Assembly (NCBI RefSeq): GCF_002998925.1 | Contig: NZ_CP027228.1 | Location: forward strand, 50,717 to 82,716 | Direction: 5' to 3' | DNA from: Mogibacterium diversum | Lineage (GTDB): Bacteria; Bacillota; Clostridia; Peptostreptococcales; Anaerovoracaceae | Length of the DNA stretch: 32,000 bases | Shown here: in pieces, positions 1 through 8,422 of the stretch | Position numbering within the stretch: position 1 is the stretch's first letter | Layout of the letters: every line of letters starts with the position of its first letter | Position numbers and translations under genes: made by a program | Notes under the pieces: model-generated | Told to the model about the DNA's origin: nothing | Database searches by the model: none | What the model saw: only the letters and a program-made list of their open reading frames with translations

Positions 1-100
1 TTAACACACCAGGGGAATGGAATATTCCGTTAATAAGCATTACAGGCTATGTCGGGTCAAGGTATAGAATTTCGGATATTGACTAAAAATTGGGGGATCT

Positions 101-550
101 ATGATAAAAATTTTATTCATATGCCACGGCAACATCTGCCGCTCCACTATGGCAGAATCGGTAATGACGCACCTCGTGAAAGAAGCGGGGCTAAGCGATG
201 AATTTGAAATAGACTCTGCTGCGACTAGCAGGGAGGAAATCGGAAATCCGCCGCACTACGGAACGGTGAAGAAACTCGGAGAAGTGGGTATACCCGTTGT
301 ACCGCACAGGTCAAGGCAAATGACAGAGACTGACTATGATAAGTTTGACTATTTGATAGCCATGGATGAGAATAATTTGCGCAACATGAAGAGGTTTGTA
401 GGCAGCGATGAAGAGGGTAAGGTCTCGCTTTTGCTCGAGCATGCTGGCAGAAGTGGTGATATTGCAGATCCTTGGTACACAGGGAATTTTGATTTGACGT
501 ATAATGATGTCATGGATGGATGCAAGGGCTTACTCAGGGAACTTAGATAA
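101..550 (+). CDS. Low-molecular-weight protein-tyrosine phosphatase
   Basis: 149 aa. N-terminal P-loop CHGNICRS (C-X5-R-S) and a C-terminal DPWY general-acid motif typical of LMW-PTPs. It lacks the extra Cys pair expected of ArsC-type reductases. Confidence 0.85.
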   Translation: MIKILFICHGNICRSTMAESVMTHLVKEAGLSDEFEIDSAATSREEIGNPPHYGTVKKLGEVGIPVVPHRSRQMTETDYDKFDYLIAMDENNLRNMKRFVGSDEEGKVSLLLEHAGRSGDIADPWYTGNFDLTYNDVMDGCKGLLRELR

Positions 551-747
551 GATAGGAAGAAGGGCGTAGTAACGATGGGCCAAGCTTAAGATGAAGCAGC
601 GACTTGCTGAGGAAGCTCATGAGCGAGGTAAAGCAGAGATTGAACTCAAGTGGACAGGTGTAGTAGTGCAGATGAAATGTCTCATTAGAAATAACGGTAC
701 TATTACGATCTCATGACAATCCGATTTTAAAGGAGTATTTGAATTAG

Positions 748-2124
748 ATGGCTAAGAAAGCAAAATCAGTATATATGTGTGCGGAGTGTGGTAACGAGTT
801 TCCGAGCTGGCAAGGGCAGTGTTCTTACTGCGGTGCGTGGAATTCGATTGTAGAGCAGAAGGTTAAACCGGATGCTGATAGCGATGCACGTAGGAGGACG
901 ACCAGCAAGGCGACTCCGTCAAAGCTAAAGAGCGTGGGGACTGGAAATTATACGAGGATTACATCTGGTATTAGTGAGCTCGATAGGGTTCTCGGCGGAG
1001 GAATAGTGCTCGGCTCGATGATTCTGATATCTGGTGAACCTGGAATAGGAAAGTCCACGCTGATAATTCAGTCTGCTAATTCGATTGCGCTTAATAATGG
1101 AACGGTTCTCTATGTTAGCGGCGAGGAGTCAGAGGAACAGGTGAAGCTGAGGGCAGACCGCGTGTGCGAAAATCTGTCTGATAATCTACTCATTTTTCCA
1201 GAGACCAATATAGAGAGTGTGCTTGCGGCCTGTGAGCAGACGAAACCGAAATTCCTTGTGATAGACTCAATTCAGACAATGTATTCGGAGGAACTGGACA
1301 ACACTGCTGGCAGCATCACGCAGATTCGTGCCTGCTCGAATCTGCTCATGAAGTATGCTAAGACGAATAATGTGCCGATTTTTATAGTTGCGCATGTCAA
1401 TAAGTCAGGTGACCTCGCTGGACCAAAGACTATAGAGCACATGGTAGACTGCGTGCTAAACTTCGTGGGTGAGCGAGATAGGGATCTCAGGATTCTTCGT
1501 TCTGTAAAAAACAGATTTGGAACCACCGAGGAAATCGGGGCATTCAGCATGGGTCAAAGTGGTATGACCGAGGTGAGAGACCTGTCGGGAACTCTGCTCG
1601 AGAGCTCGGATATCAAGGAAGAGGGCTCGGTCGCTTCGGCGCTCTACGAGGGCAGCCGTCCTGTATTCTTTGAAATTCAGGCGCTAGTGACACCTGCCAA
1701 TGTCGGTTTCGCGCGCCGAAGCGCAATCGGTATAGATAATAACAGACTCAATATGATTCTGGCTGTTCTGGAGAAGAAAGTCGGAATCTCGTTGCTGAAT
1801 CATGACGTTTATGTCAATGTGGTTGGCGGACTGAAGCCCGACGGGCCAGGTGCAGACCTGGCCGTCGCGCTCGCGATCTATAGCTCGTTCCGCGAGCGCA
1901 CCTCGCCTCGCCGCGTGGTGGCGCTCGGCGAGGTCGGGCTTACCGGCAATCTGCGAGCAGTGAGGAATGCTGACCGTATAGTTAGCGAAGCAGCCAGACT
2001 CGGATACGAAGCTGTGATCTTGCCGCGAGGCAATGCTAAGGTATCAGTTCCTAATGCTGATATAGAGGTTGTAGGCGCAGAGAGCCTCGCGTCTGCAATC
2101 AAGGCTTTTATAGGCAAGAACTAA
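748..2124 (+). CDS. radA: DNA repair protein RadA/Sms
   Basis: N-terminal C4 zinc finger (CAECG...CSYCG), Walker A GEPGIGKST, RadA-specific KNRFG motif and a C-terminal Lon-protease-like domain. AAGGAG lies upstream of the ATG. Confidence 0.95.
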   Translation: MAKKAKSVYMCAECGNEFPSWQGQCSYCGAWNSIVEQKVKPDADSDARRRTTSKATPSKLKSVGTGNYTRITSGISELDRVLGGGIVLGSMILISGEPGIGKSTLIIQSANSIALNNGTVLYVSGEESEEQVKLRADRVCENLSDNLLIFPETNIESVLAACEQTKPKFLVIDSIQTMYSEELDNTAGSITQIRACSNLLMKYAKTNNVPIFIVAHVNKSGDLAGPKTIEHMVDCVLNFVGERDRDLRILRSVKNRFGTTEEIGAFSMGQSGMTEVRDLSGTLLESSDIKEEGSVASALYEGSRPVFFEIQALVTPANVGFARRSAIGIDNNRLNMILAVLEKKVGISLLNHDVYVNVVGGLKPDGPGADLAVALAIYSSFRERTSPRRVVALGEVGLTGNLRAVRNADRIVSEAARLGYEAVILPRGNAKVSVPNADIEVVGAESLASAIKAFIGKN

Positions 2125-2133
2125 GATCAAATC

Positions 2134-2171
2134 CTGGACGCGGCAGCTTGGCCTGCGGCTGCCGCGTCCAG
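2134..2171 (+). other. GC-rich perfect stem-loop directly after the radA stop (14-bp stem, no U-tract)
   Basis: ctggacgcggcagc (2134-2147) is the exact reverse complement of gctgccgcgtccag (2158-2171). Confidence 0.5.
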
Positions 2172-2192
2172 TGCAGCTTATAATCAAAAACC

Positions 2193-2235
2193 AAAACAGG
2201 AAGGTGACTGCGAAGCTGCTCACCTTCCTGTTTTC
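2193..2235. terminator. Bidirectional intrinsic terminator between convergent radA and the histidine kinase gene
   Basis: aaaacaggaaggtga (2193-2207) pairs with tcaccttcctgtttt (2220-2234). An A-run lies 5' and a T-run 3', so it can terminate transcripts from either strand. Confidence 0.7.
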
Positions 2236-2246
2236 TTATCATTGTT

Positions 2247-2275
2247 AAATTATTAAATTATAAAATTATTAAATT
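2247..2275. repeat. AT-rich 13-bp direct repeat (aaattattaaatt x2, 16-bp period)
   Basis: Identical 13-mers at 2247-2259 and 2263-2275, in the gap between the terminator and the kinase gene stop. Confidence 0.5.
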
Positions 2276-2336
2276 TTATTCCGCCCAAAACTCCCTCCAT
2301 CAAGAAGCACAACAAGCTTATCGAGCAACTCAAAGT

Positions 2337-3770
2337 CTACTTCTTAACGGTCGCCAGCTCAAACCAAAAGTCACTTCCTTTGCCCTCTTCGCTTTCAACT
2401 CCATAATTGGCATTGTGGAGGCTTAAGATGCCTTTTACGATGGATAGGCCAAGGCCAGTTCCTTCTATGTTGCGGTTTCGGTTAGCGCTAGTTCTGTAAT
2501 AGCGTTCCCATACGTGGGATATCTCTTCAGCGGCTATTCCGTCGCCGTGGTCAATTACATCAAATCTAACATTGCGACCGACTTTCTTGAGTTCGATTCG
2601 CACGTACTTATCCTTACCGCAATACTTAATAGCATTGGATATGAGATTTGCCATAACTTGCTTAAGCTTATCGTAATCGCCATATACATACGCAGTCTTA
2701 CATTTGTTGAATGATATATTGTAGCCCTCTTGCTGATTAAGTACCTCGAAAGTCTCTTCTACTTCAGTAGCGGCCTTTACGATATCGAATTTAGTCATGT
2801 TTAGCTCAGCTGAGTTAGACTGAAGCCTCGAAGCGGAGAGCATATCAGATACGAGCTTGTTGAGCCTATCTGCCTCTGCGATAATAACTGCAAGATGTTC
2901 AGCGCGCTTCTCTGGATTATCTCCCGAGATATCGTTAATCATCTCAGCATATGATTTTATCATCGTTAGCGGAGTCTTGAGATCGTGTGACACATTGGCG
3001 ATTAAGTCTCGCTGATATGAATCTGTCTTCTGCATCTCATATGAAGCTTTATTGAGCGTTCTAGCTAACTCATTAGTCTCGGTAAATATTCCTCCATTAA
3101 AATTCACGTTATAATTGCCGTTGCTCAGCTGGACTGCTGACTTTGTGATGCTCGCAATAGGTAGTGATAACCAGGTCGACATGATGATTGCGAGCATGCT
3201 GGCAATCATCAGTGTTATAAACGTGATGTATAGTAGCTGCGAACGCAAAATCGATATGGTAGACTCCACTGGGTAGAGAGGAGCAATCATGTATAGGATG
3301 TTTCCGTCATCACGATTCCCAAGGTACGTAGCATACACTAGGCGCGATGCCTTATTTCCCTTTTCAGTGACAGTGAGAGAAATTTTACCTAGAGAACTCT
3401 TCGCTAGCTTGTCCTTTGCATCTGAAATCTCGAACTGATAATGAGGGATATCGCCCTGTGACAGACCGCTGTTTCCATATTCTGAAGTCGAATCGGCTGT
3501 TTCTAGCCTTATATATAGACCATTTCGGTCAGCGGCTTTTCGCGCATACGCATCGAAATTATCCTTGTTAGTGGAATAGTAGTTGCCCAGCTTGTTTGCC
3601 GTCGTCTGCGCCTCCTGTGCCATCATTCGTTCGTAGTAGGTGTTCATGAAAAAACTCTGCATGAACCATACCATGAGTAAGATCACAGCGGCAAATACCA
3701 TAAAGTACATAAGCGAGACAGCACGTATGCTGTTTGGATCCCACTTACTTCTCTTTGTCTTCATATTCAA
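2337..3770 (-). CDS. Sensor histidine kinase (two TM helices, periplasmic-type loop of about 140 aa, HAMP, HisKA, HATPase_c)
   Basis: H-box SHDLKTPLT, N-box LISNAIKY, G1 DHGDGI, G2 GTGLGLSIV. Two hydrophobic segments flank an extracytoplasmic region. The start overlaps the upstream regulator gene by 26 nt. Confidence 0.9.
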   Translation of the reverse strand: MNMKTKRSKWDPNSIRAVSLMYFMVFAAVILLMVWFMQSFFMNTYYERMMAQEAQTTANKLGNYYSTNKDNFDAYARKAADRNGLYIRLETADSTSEYGNSGLSQGDIPHYQFEISDAKDKLAKSSLGKISLTVTEKGNKASRLVYATYLGNRDDGNILYMIAPLYPVESTISILRSQLLYITFITLMIASMLAIIMSTWLSLPIASITKSAVQLSNGNYNVNFNGGIFTETNELARTLNKASYEMQKTDSYQRDLIANVSHDLKTPLTMIKSYAEMINDISGDNPEKRAEHLAVIIAEADRLNKLVSDMLSASRLQSNSAELNMTKFDIVKAATEVEETFEVLNQQEGYNISFNKCKTAYVYGDYDKLKQVMANLISNAIKYCGKDKYVRIELKKVGRNVRFDVIDHGDGIAAEEISHVWERYYRTSANRNRNIEGTGLGLSIVKGILSLHNANYGVESEEGKGSDFWFELATVKK

Positions 3771-4431
3771 ACTTGTAACCCACTCCTCTTAGTGTAACGA
3801 TAAAATCACGGTATGGACCGAGGTTATTTCTCAGATTCTTGATGTGAGTATCAATGGTTCTATCGTCACCGAAGAAATCATATCCCCAGATGTCCGAGAG
3901 AAGCTTGTCTCTCGATAGAGCGATATTTCTATTCTGAATCAGATAGAAGAGAAGATCGTACTCCTTAGGTGTGAGATTTACTCGCTTTCCGTCTATATAA
4001 ATCGTGCGAGCTGCGAAGTTCACCTCAAGACCATCAAACTTCATGACGTTGCTAGTTCCGTGGTCAGCACCTTCGTGTCTAGTAATAACAGCGTTTACAC
4101 GAGCCATGAGCTCTTTAGGGCTAAATGGCTTTACAACATAGTCATCGACTCCTAGCTCGAAACCAAATAGCTTATCGTATTCTTCGCCTCTTGCTGAAAG
4201 CATGATTACAGGTATATCTTTGAATTTCTTGATTTCCTTAACCGAGCTAAAACCGTCTAGCTTAGGCATCATCACATCCATGATAATCAGGTCGTAATCG
4301 TTAAGCTTACATAGCCCAATTGCGCTCATTCCGTCTGCTGCCTCTGTAACTTCATAGCCGCTAAATTCTGAATATTCTTTGATGACCTCTCTGATTTTAG
4401 CTTCGTCATCTACTACAAGTAGCTTTTTCAT
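3745..4431 (-). CDS. OmpR/PhoB-family response regulator
   Basis: Receiver domain (VVDDE..., phospho-acceptor D in IIMDVMMP, conserved K in VVKPF) and a C-terminal winged-helix region (LTPKEYDLL...TLRGVGYKF). Confidence 0.92.
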   Translation of the reverse strand: MKKLLVVDDEAKIREVIKEYSEFSGYEVTEAADGMSAIGLCKLNDYDLIIMDVMMPKLDGFSSVKEIKKFKDIPVIMLSARGEEYDKLFGFELGVDDYVVKPFSPKELMARVNAVITRHEGADHGTSNVMKFDGLEVNFAARTIYIDGKRVNLTPKEYDLLFYLIQNRNIALSRDKLLSDIWGYDFFGDDRTIDTHIKNLRNNLGPYRDFIVTLRGVGYKFEYEDKEK

Positions 4432-4502
4432 ATCTCGTTCCTTTCATATCATGTGAATAATACAAAACACTAATTCGAACCTTCAGTTCTTAAATTTTGT
4501 AC

Positions 4503-4531
4503 ATTATATCATAACCCATCTTCACATTGTG
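4503..4531 (-). promoter_or_regulatory. Candidate extended -10 promoter for the regulator-kinase operon
   Basis: The minus strand reads TGaTATAAT (-10 hexamer at 4508-4503, TG at 4511-4510). The -35 is weak. The site lies about 70 nt upstream of the regulator ATG. Confidence 0.35.
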
Positions 4532-4561
4532 GAAATCCATTGAAGAATACAAGACAGTGAA

Positions 4562-4578
4562 GTGTTAATATGTGTTAA
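4562..4578 (+). promoter_or_regulatory. Direct repeat GTGTTAA-N3-GTGTTAA, a candidate OmpR-family binding site
   Basis: GTGTTAA occurs at 4562-4568 and 4572-4578, a 10-bp period. The repeat sits about 30 bp upstream of a TTGACA in the divergent intergenic region. Confidence 0.3.
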
Positions 4579-4605
4579 ATCAATAGATAGCGTGCGCAAA
4601 CCACG

Positions 4606-4634
4606 TTGACAGTAGTTTACCAAAGCTTTATTCT
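4606..4634 (+). promoter_or_regulatory. Candidate sigma-A promoter of the LRR surface protein gene
   Basis: TTGACA (4606-4611), 17-nt spacer, TATTCT (4629-4634). Confidence 0.35.
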
Positions 4635-4699
4635 AGATATTGTGCATATCATACAAGACGATATGGAATGCTATGAAATATATTTTAAGGAGAACGTTG

Positions 4700-7600
4700 A
4701 TGAAGAGGAAACTCGCGGCACTAATTACTTGCTTGATGATTTTTATTTCTCAAGTTATGACAACGAGTTACGCTGGTGTGTATGACGGTTATGTTAGGGA
4801 TAGAGCAAGCTTAAATGCGGATAATGTTTCGGAAAAGAATTACAAGATATTCAGCCCTGATTTGTCCGAAGACACTGAGGTAATCGAGACTAAGAAGGAC
4901 CTTGCAGATGAAGCAGCAAAGACATACGAAAGTGTGGCTATTGATGAAGCTCATTTTCCGAGCGATGGATTTAGGAAACTGGTAAGTGAGAACTTCGATA
5001 CTGACGGTGACGGAACCCTGAGTAGTGATGAAATTCGCGAAGCTAAGATCGTAAACAGCGAAGGCGACTACGAGATAGATTCTCTTAAAGGCATCGAGTA
5101 CCTTGCTAATCTCAAGAAACTCAATGTTTATTCTGACACTCTGTCAGAAGTGAATATTACTAAGAACCCTGAGCTACAGATACTGTCGCTATCAGGAGAC
5201 GGTGCGATTACCTCAATTGATACAAGTAGGAATGCTAAGCTGCGGGTATTTAACGTGACCAATTCATCGCTAGAGAGTGTTGATCTCACTAAGAATCCAG
5301 AGCTCAGAATTTTTACCGTTCCGCTTACTTCTTTACGCAGCGTTGATTTAAGAAATAATCCTTACCTAAAGAGATGTGAGGTGCCTGGAACTCAGGTAAA
5401 AGAGCTAGATGTAACGCATAATAAGAGGCTTCAGGCGCTCAATGTGGAAAATACCTCGGTGAGCAAGGTGGATACATCTAACAACAGAGATTTATATGAG
5501 TTCTATTTCAACAGCACGCCGATCTCTAGTGTGGATTTCTCAAAGAACTGGAACTTAACGCAGGTACAGGCTAATGATACGAAGCTCAAATCAATCGACT
5601 TTTCGCATTGTAAAGCGCTGACACTGTTTTGGATGCGTAATACAGAAATTGACACTTTAGATCTATCAAACAACAAATATTTTAGTGAATTAGCTGCCGG
5701 CAACTCTAAGCTTAAGGCTCTGGATGTTGCAGATAAGACTTTTTTAAAGACTATCGAGATTGAGAATACACCTGTTAAGCACTTAGACGTAAGCAGTGCT
5801 CGCAACCTCGTAGGACTTAACGTATCTGGTACTCAGATTAAAAAGCTAGATGTGAGCAAGAATACAAATCTAAACGTTCTTAATGTTAGCGGCACTAAGA
5901 TAAAGAGTCTCAATATTAATAACAACAAGGATCTTAGAAGACTGAACTTTGATAACACATCAATCAAGGGAATGGAGAGGGTGGATGCAGCGAAGCTTAC
6001 TGCCCTTGAGGAGTTATCTTGTAAAAATTCGGGAGTAGAAGAGATTACAAAGCCTGCGTCCAATAATATAAGCCTATGGAACGTCGATGGCAACAAGCTA
6101 AAACAGCTCGATTTAAACCAATTTAGTGCATATCAAGGAATTGCAGTATCTCCGCAGAATATAACAGTTAGAGGTAAGGAGAAGAATGGCACTCTCCAGG
6201 TTGACATGCATGATTTGGTTGATGATGTGTCTAAGGTGAGCGGCGTTACAGGTGCTAACGCAACTTATAGCGCAGGAACCGGAGTCGTGACATTTGGAAC
6301 ATCTGGGGACCGCACATTTACATATGATTATGAAACTGGAAATACCGGAGCACCTAAGATGAAGGTGAACGTAAAGGTGCTCAGCGACCTAGACCCAGAT
6401 GAGTTTGCTGCGCAGATTAATAGAGCTAGGTTTATTGATAATGGCAAGACTCTTGAGGTTGCTCTAGACAAGAATGTTCATGTAACAGATAACGGTAAGT
6501 CAAAGATAGAAATCTATGATGGGAATCCTGATGATGGGGGAACACTAGTTCATACCCTTGGAAGTGGGGATAAAGTGGATTCCCAGTTCGAAACGCTTAA
6601 TATTTCACTCAAGGATGCGTTAGACATTAAAAGACCTCTATATGTAAAGATAAATAAAGGTGCAATCAAAGATAGCAAGAACAAGGTTCTAGGAGAGAAT
6701 ATCAGAGAGCCGATCGTACGCGACGTTACTGTAGACAGCGTCGTGTTCTCTAAGACTAAGTTCGATAGTGATGGTGGTGCGCTTACAGTAAACCTAGCTG
6801 GTAGTAGATTTGAAGCGACAACTAATCTAAAGCTGTCGCTAGTAGATGAGGCTGGAAATGTTATAAATGGGGAGACGTCATTCGTTTCTGCTAAGAGTGC
6901 TGAGTTTAAATTCAAGCTCCCTGAGAACGGCAGTGAAGATAACGTAAAGTACAAGGCGGTACTAACGGCAGACGGTAAGGAAGTTGATACTGCAGGTGCA
7001 TTTAACGGAACCAAGAAGGTTACCGTTCTAACTGCAAAGGAGGACGAGGTAATACCTGGTGCAGTTACATCATATTCGCTGACAGGCGCTGATGATCAGG
7101 ATCCATCAGATGATACATTTGAAGGTACAGTCGAAGAGTACGTAACACCGGCTGCAACTCTCGAGCTAAATGGAAGCAACCTTAATACAGACAATGTAAA
7201 GATTAAGGCTGTTGATGAAAATGGTGTGGAGTGGCCTACAACGCCAGTTCCACTCTGCAATTCTATGTATAGATTCCAGGCTGTTCCTAATTATGTGGAT
7301 CCAGCTGGTACTAAGATGAAATTTGACCTCATGGCACCAACTAATATAGGAGCAGATAAGACGTACACGGTAACGGTGTCCCTGGATGGTGGAAAGACAT
7401 ATCTATCTCAGCCAAAGTATAAGATGATTATCCACAACAATGGATATATGGGAGATAAACTATTCACTCCAGCACAGATGCAGAACCTCATAAATATCGA
7501 AGTCAACTACGTGGATGAGAGTGGAAATAAGCTAGCTGCTTCAGACAATTATAAAGCTTACGGAGTGTCTGAGATTTACTCATTAGGTATCAAGGCTAAG

Positions 7601-8197
7601 AAGATCAAAGGCTATGCGGTTCAGTCGAGTGATGTAGATCAAGAGCTTCTAGATAACGGATTTGTTGCATCACTTCCAAGCAACAAGATTACGTTCACAT
7701 ATGGTAAGGCTGAACCTAACAAGATGATTGAAGGAAATGGCAGCAGCTATGACCTTGCTCTAGGCACAGACTTAAACTTTAGAGCATCAGCTCCAGTTTC
7801 GGAGTTTGAATCTGCTGTTGTTACAGGTACGAATTATAGGAAAGTTCTAACGGAAGGAACTGACTTCGAGAAGAGCTCCGGAAGCACTAGGGTCAAGCTA
7901 AAGGCTGCATACCTTAAAACTCTAAAGCCAGGTAGATATAGGCTAGAGGTTAATGAAGCTTCTGGAACTGCTACTGCAGAGTTTACCGTCTATGATTCGA
8001 GAAATGCTTCTTCTGGAAGTAAAATCAGTGTTACTAAGCACGGAAAAGGAAGGTATGCTATAAAGTCTAGTAGAATCTACAGGCGAGGTGTAGTTCAGAC
8101 GGGAGATAATTTACCGTTCATGCCGTTTGTAATCTTTGGAGCGTCTATTTCTGCACTGGCGATAGTGACGGTTAGTCGTAGAAAACGCTATAGATAA
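4700..8197 (+). CDS. Large cell-surface leucine-rich-repeat protein (signal peptide, EF-hand loop, about 15-16 LRRs, Ig-like/beta-rich domains, MucBP-like domain, C-terminal sorting signal)
   Basis: I chose the start at ATG 4700 (AAGGAG at 4687-4692) over the track's TTG at 4640. Signal peptide MKRKLAALITCLMIFISQVMTTSYA. About 15-16 tandem LRR units of roughly 22 aa (e.g. LNVLNVSGTKIKSLNINNNKD) are encoded at about 5081-6120. The C-terminus has VQTGD, a hydrophobic helix and RRKRYR. Confidence 0.85.
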   Translation: MKRKLAALITCLMIFISQVMTTSYAGVYDGYVRDRASLNADNVSEKNYKIFSPDLSEDTEVIETKKDLADEAAKTYESVAIDEAHFPSDGFRKLVSENFDTDGDGTLSSDEIREAKIVNSEGDYEIDSLKGIEYLANLKKLNVYSDTLSEVNITKNPELQILSLSGDGAITSIDTSRNAKLRVFNVTNSSLESVDLTKNPELRIFTVPLTSLRSVDLRNNPYLKRCEVPGTQVKELDVTHNKRLQALNVENTSVSKVDTSNNRDLYEFYFNSTPISSVDFSKNWNLTQVQANDTKLKSIDFSHCKALTLFWMRNTEIDTLDLSNNKYFSELAAGNSKLKALDVADKTFLKTIEIENTPVKHLDVSSARNLVGLNVSGTQIKKLDVSKNTNLNVLNVSGTKIKSLNINNNKDLRRLNFDNTSIKGMERVDAAKLTALEELSCKNSGVEEITKPASNNISLWNVDGNKLKQLDLNQFSAYQGIAVSPQNITVRGKEKNGTLQVDMHDLVDDVSKVSGVTGANATYSAGTGVVTFGTSGDRTFTYDYETGNTGAPKMKVNVKVLSDLDPDEFAAQINRARFIDNGKTLEVALDKNVHVTDNGKSKIEIYDGNPDDGGTLVHTLGSGDKVDSQFETLNISLKDALDIKRPLYVKINKGAIKDSKNKVLGENIREPIVRDVTVDSVVFSKTKFDSDGGALTVNLAGSRFEATTNLKLSLVDEAGNVINGETSFVSAKSAEFKFKLPENGSEDNVKYKAVLTADGKEVDTAGAFNGTKKVTVLTAKEDEVIPGAVTSYSLTGADDQDPSDDTFEGTVEEYVTPAATLELNGSNLNTDNVKIKAVDENGVEWPTTPVPLCNSMYRFQAVPNYVDPAGTKMKFDLMAPTNIGADKTYTVTVSLDGGKTYLSQPKYKMIIHNNGYMGDKLFTPAQMQNLINIEVNYVDESGNKLAASDNYKAYGVSEIYSLGIKAKKIKGYAVQSSDVDQELLDNGFVASLPSNKITFTYGKAEPNKMIEGNGSSYDLALGTDLNFRASAPVSEFESAVVTGTNYRKVLTEGTDFEKSSGSTRVKLKAAYLKTLKPGRYRLEVNEASGTATAEFTVYDSRNASSGSKISVTKHGKGRYAIKSSRIYRRGVVQTGDNLPFMPFVIFGASISALAIVTVSRRKRYR

Positions 8198-8230
8198 ATA
8201 CGGCGAGGGAAAAATGCATAACGTGATGTC

Positions 8231-8266
8231 AAAGCAGAAAGGCGACCCGCCTTTCTGCTTTTTTTG
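8231..8266 (+). terminator. Intrinsic terminator of the LRR protein gene
   Basis: aaagcagaaaggc (8231-8243) pairs with gcctttctgcttt (8249-8261), followed by a T-run. Confidence 0.8.
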
Positions 8267-8313
8267 TAGAAGTAATTAAAATAAAAGATTTGACAATAAT
8301 TGCCAAATAATTA

Positions 8314-8342
8314 TTGACAATGCTAATCTCTTGTGCTAATTT
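8314..8342 (+). promoter_or_regulatory. Candidate promoter (TTGACA-17-TAATTT with an upstream TG)
   Basis: TTGACA at 8314-8319, TGc then TAATTT at 8337-8342. A second TTGACA lies at 8289-8294. Confidence 0.35.
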
Positions 8343-8357
8343 ATAAAGTTTCGATTG

Positions 8358-8386
8358 TTGCTTTTTAAATACAGTTATAATATAAT
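8358..8386 (+). promoter_or_regulatory. Candidate carD promoter (TTGCTT-17-TATAAT)
   Basis: TTGCTT at 8358-8363, 17-nt spacer, TATAAT at 8381-8386, about 25 nt upstream of the GAGGAGG Shine-Dalgarno sequence. Confidence 0.45.
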
Positions 8387-8422
8387 TTTATTAAGTACAA
8401 GATGTAGAGAGAGGAGGCTGCT

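Noticed and set aside
40-75. Possible CtsR box (GGTCAAG near nt 56) or SOS/Cheo box upstream of the phosphatase gene or radA
   Set aside because: Only a single imperfect heptad is present, whereas CtsR needs a tandem GGTCAAA repeat. No GAAC-N4-GTTC motif is present in the radA upstream region.
591-716. 41-codon ORF (MKQRLAEEAHERGKAEIELKWTGVVVQMKCLIRNNGTITIS) in the 197-nt gap between the phosphatase gene and radA
   Set aside because: It has no Shine-Dalgarno sequence upstream, no recognisable motif and no hydrophobic or Cys pattern typical of small proteins. It cannot be told apart from a chance ORF without conservation or ribosome-profiling data.
4640-4699. Upstream-extended starts offered by the ORF track. 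Examples are TTG 4640 for the LRR gene, plus 8956, 11420, 16290, 19153, 20607, 21496, 22092 and 30878
   Set aside because: In each case a downstream ATG, GTG or TTG has a well-spaced AGGAGG-type Shine-Dalgarno sequence and gives the N-terminus expected for the family. The extensions overlap upstream genes or add non-homologous residues.
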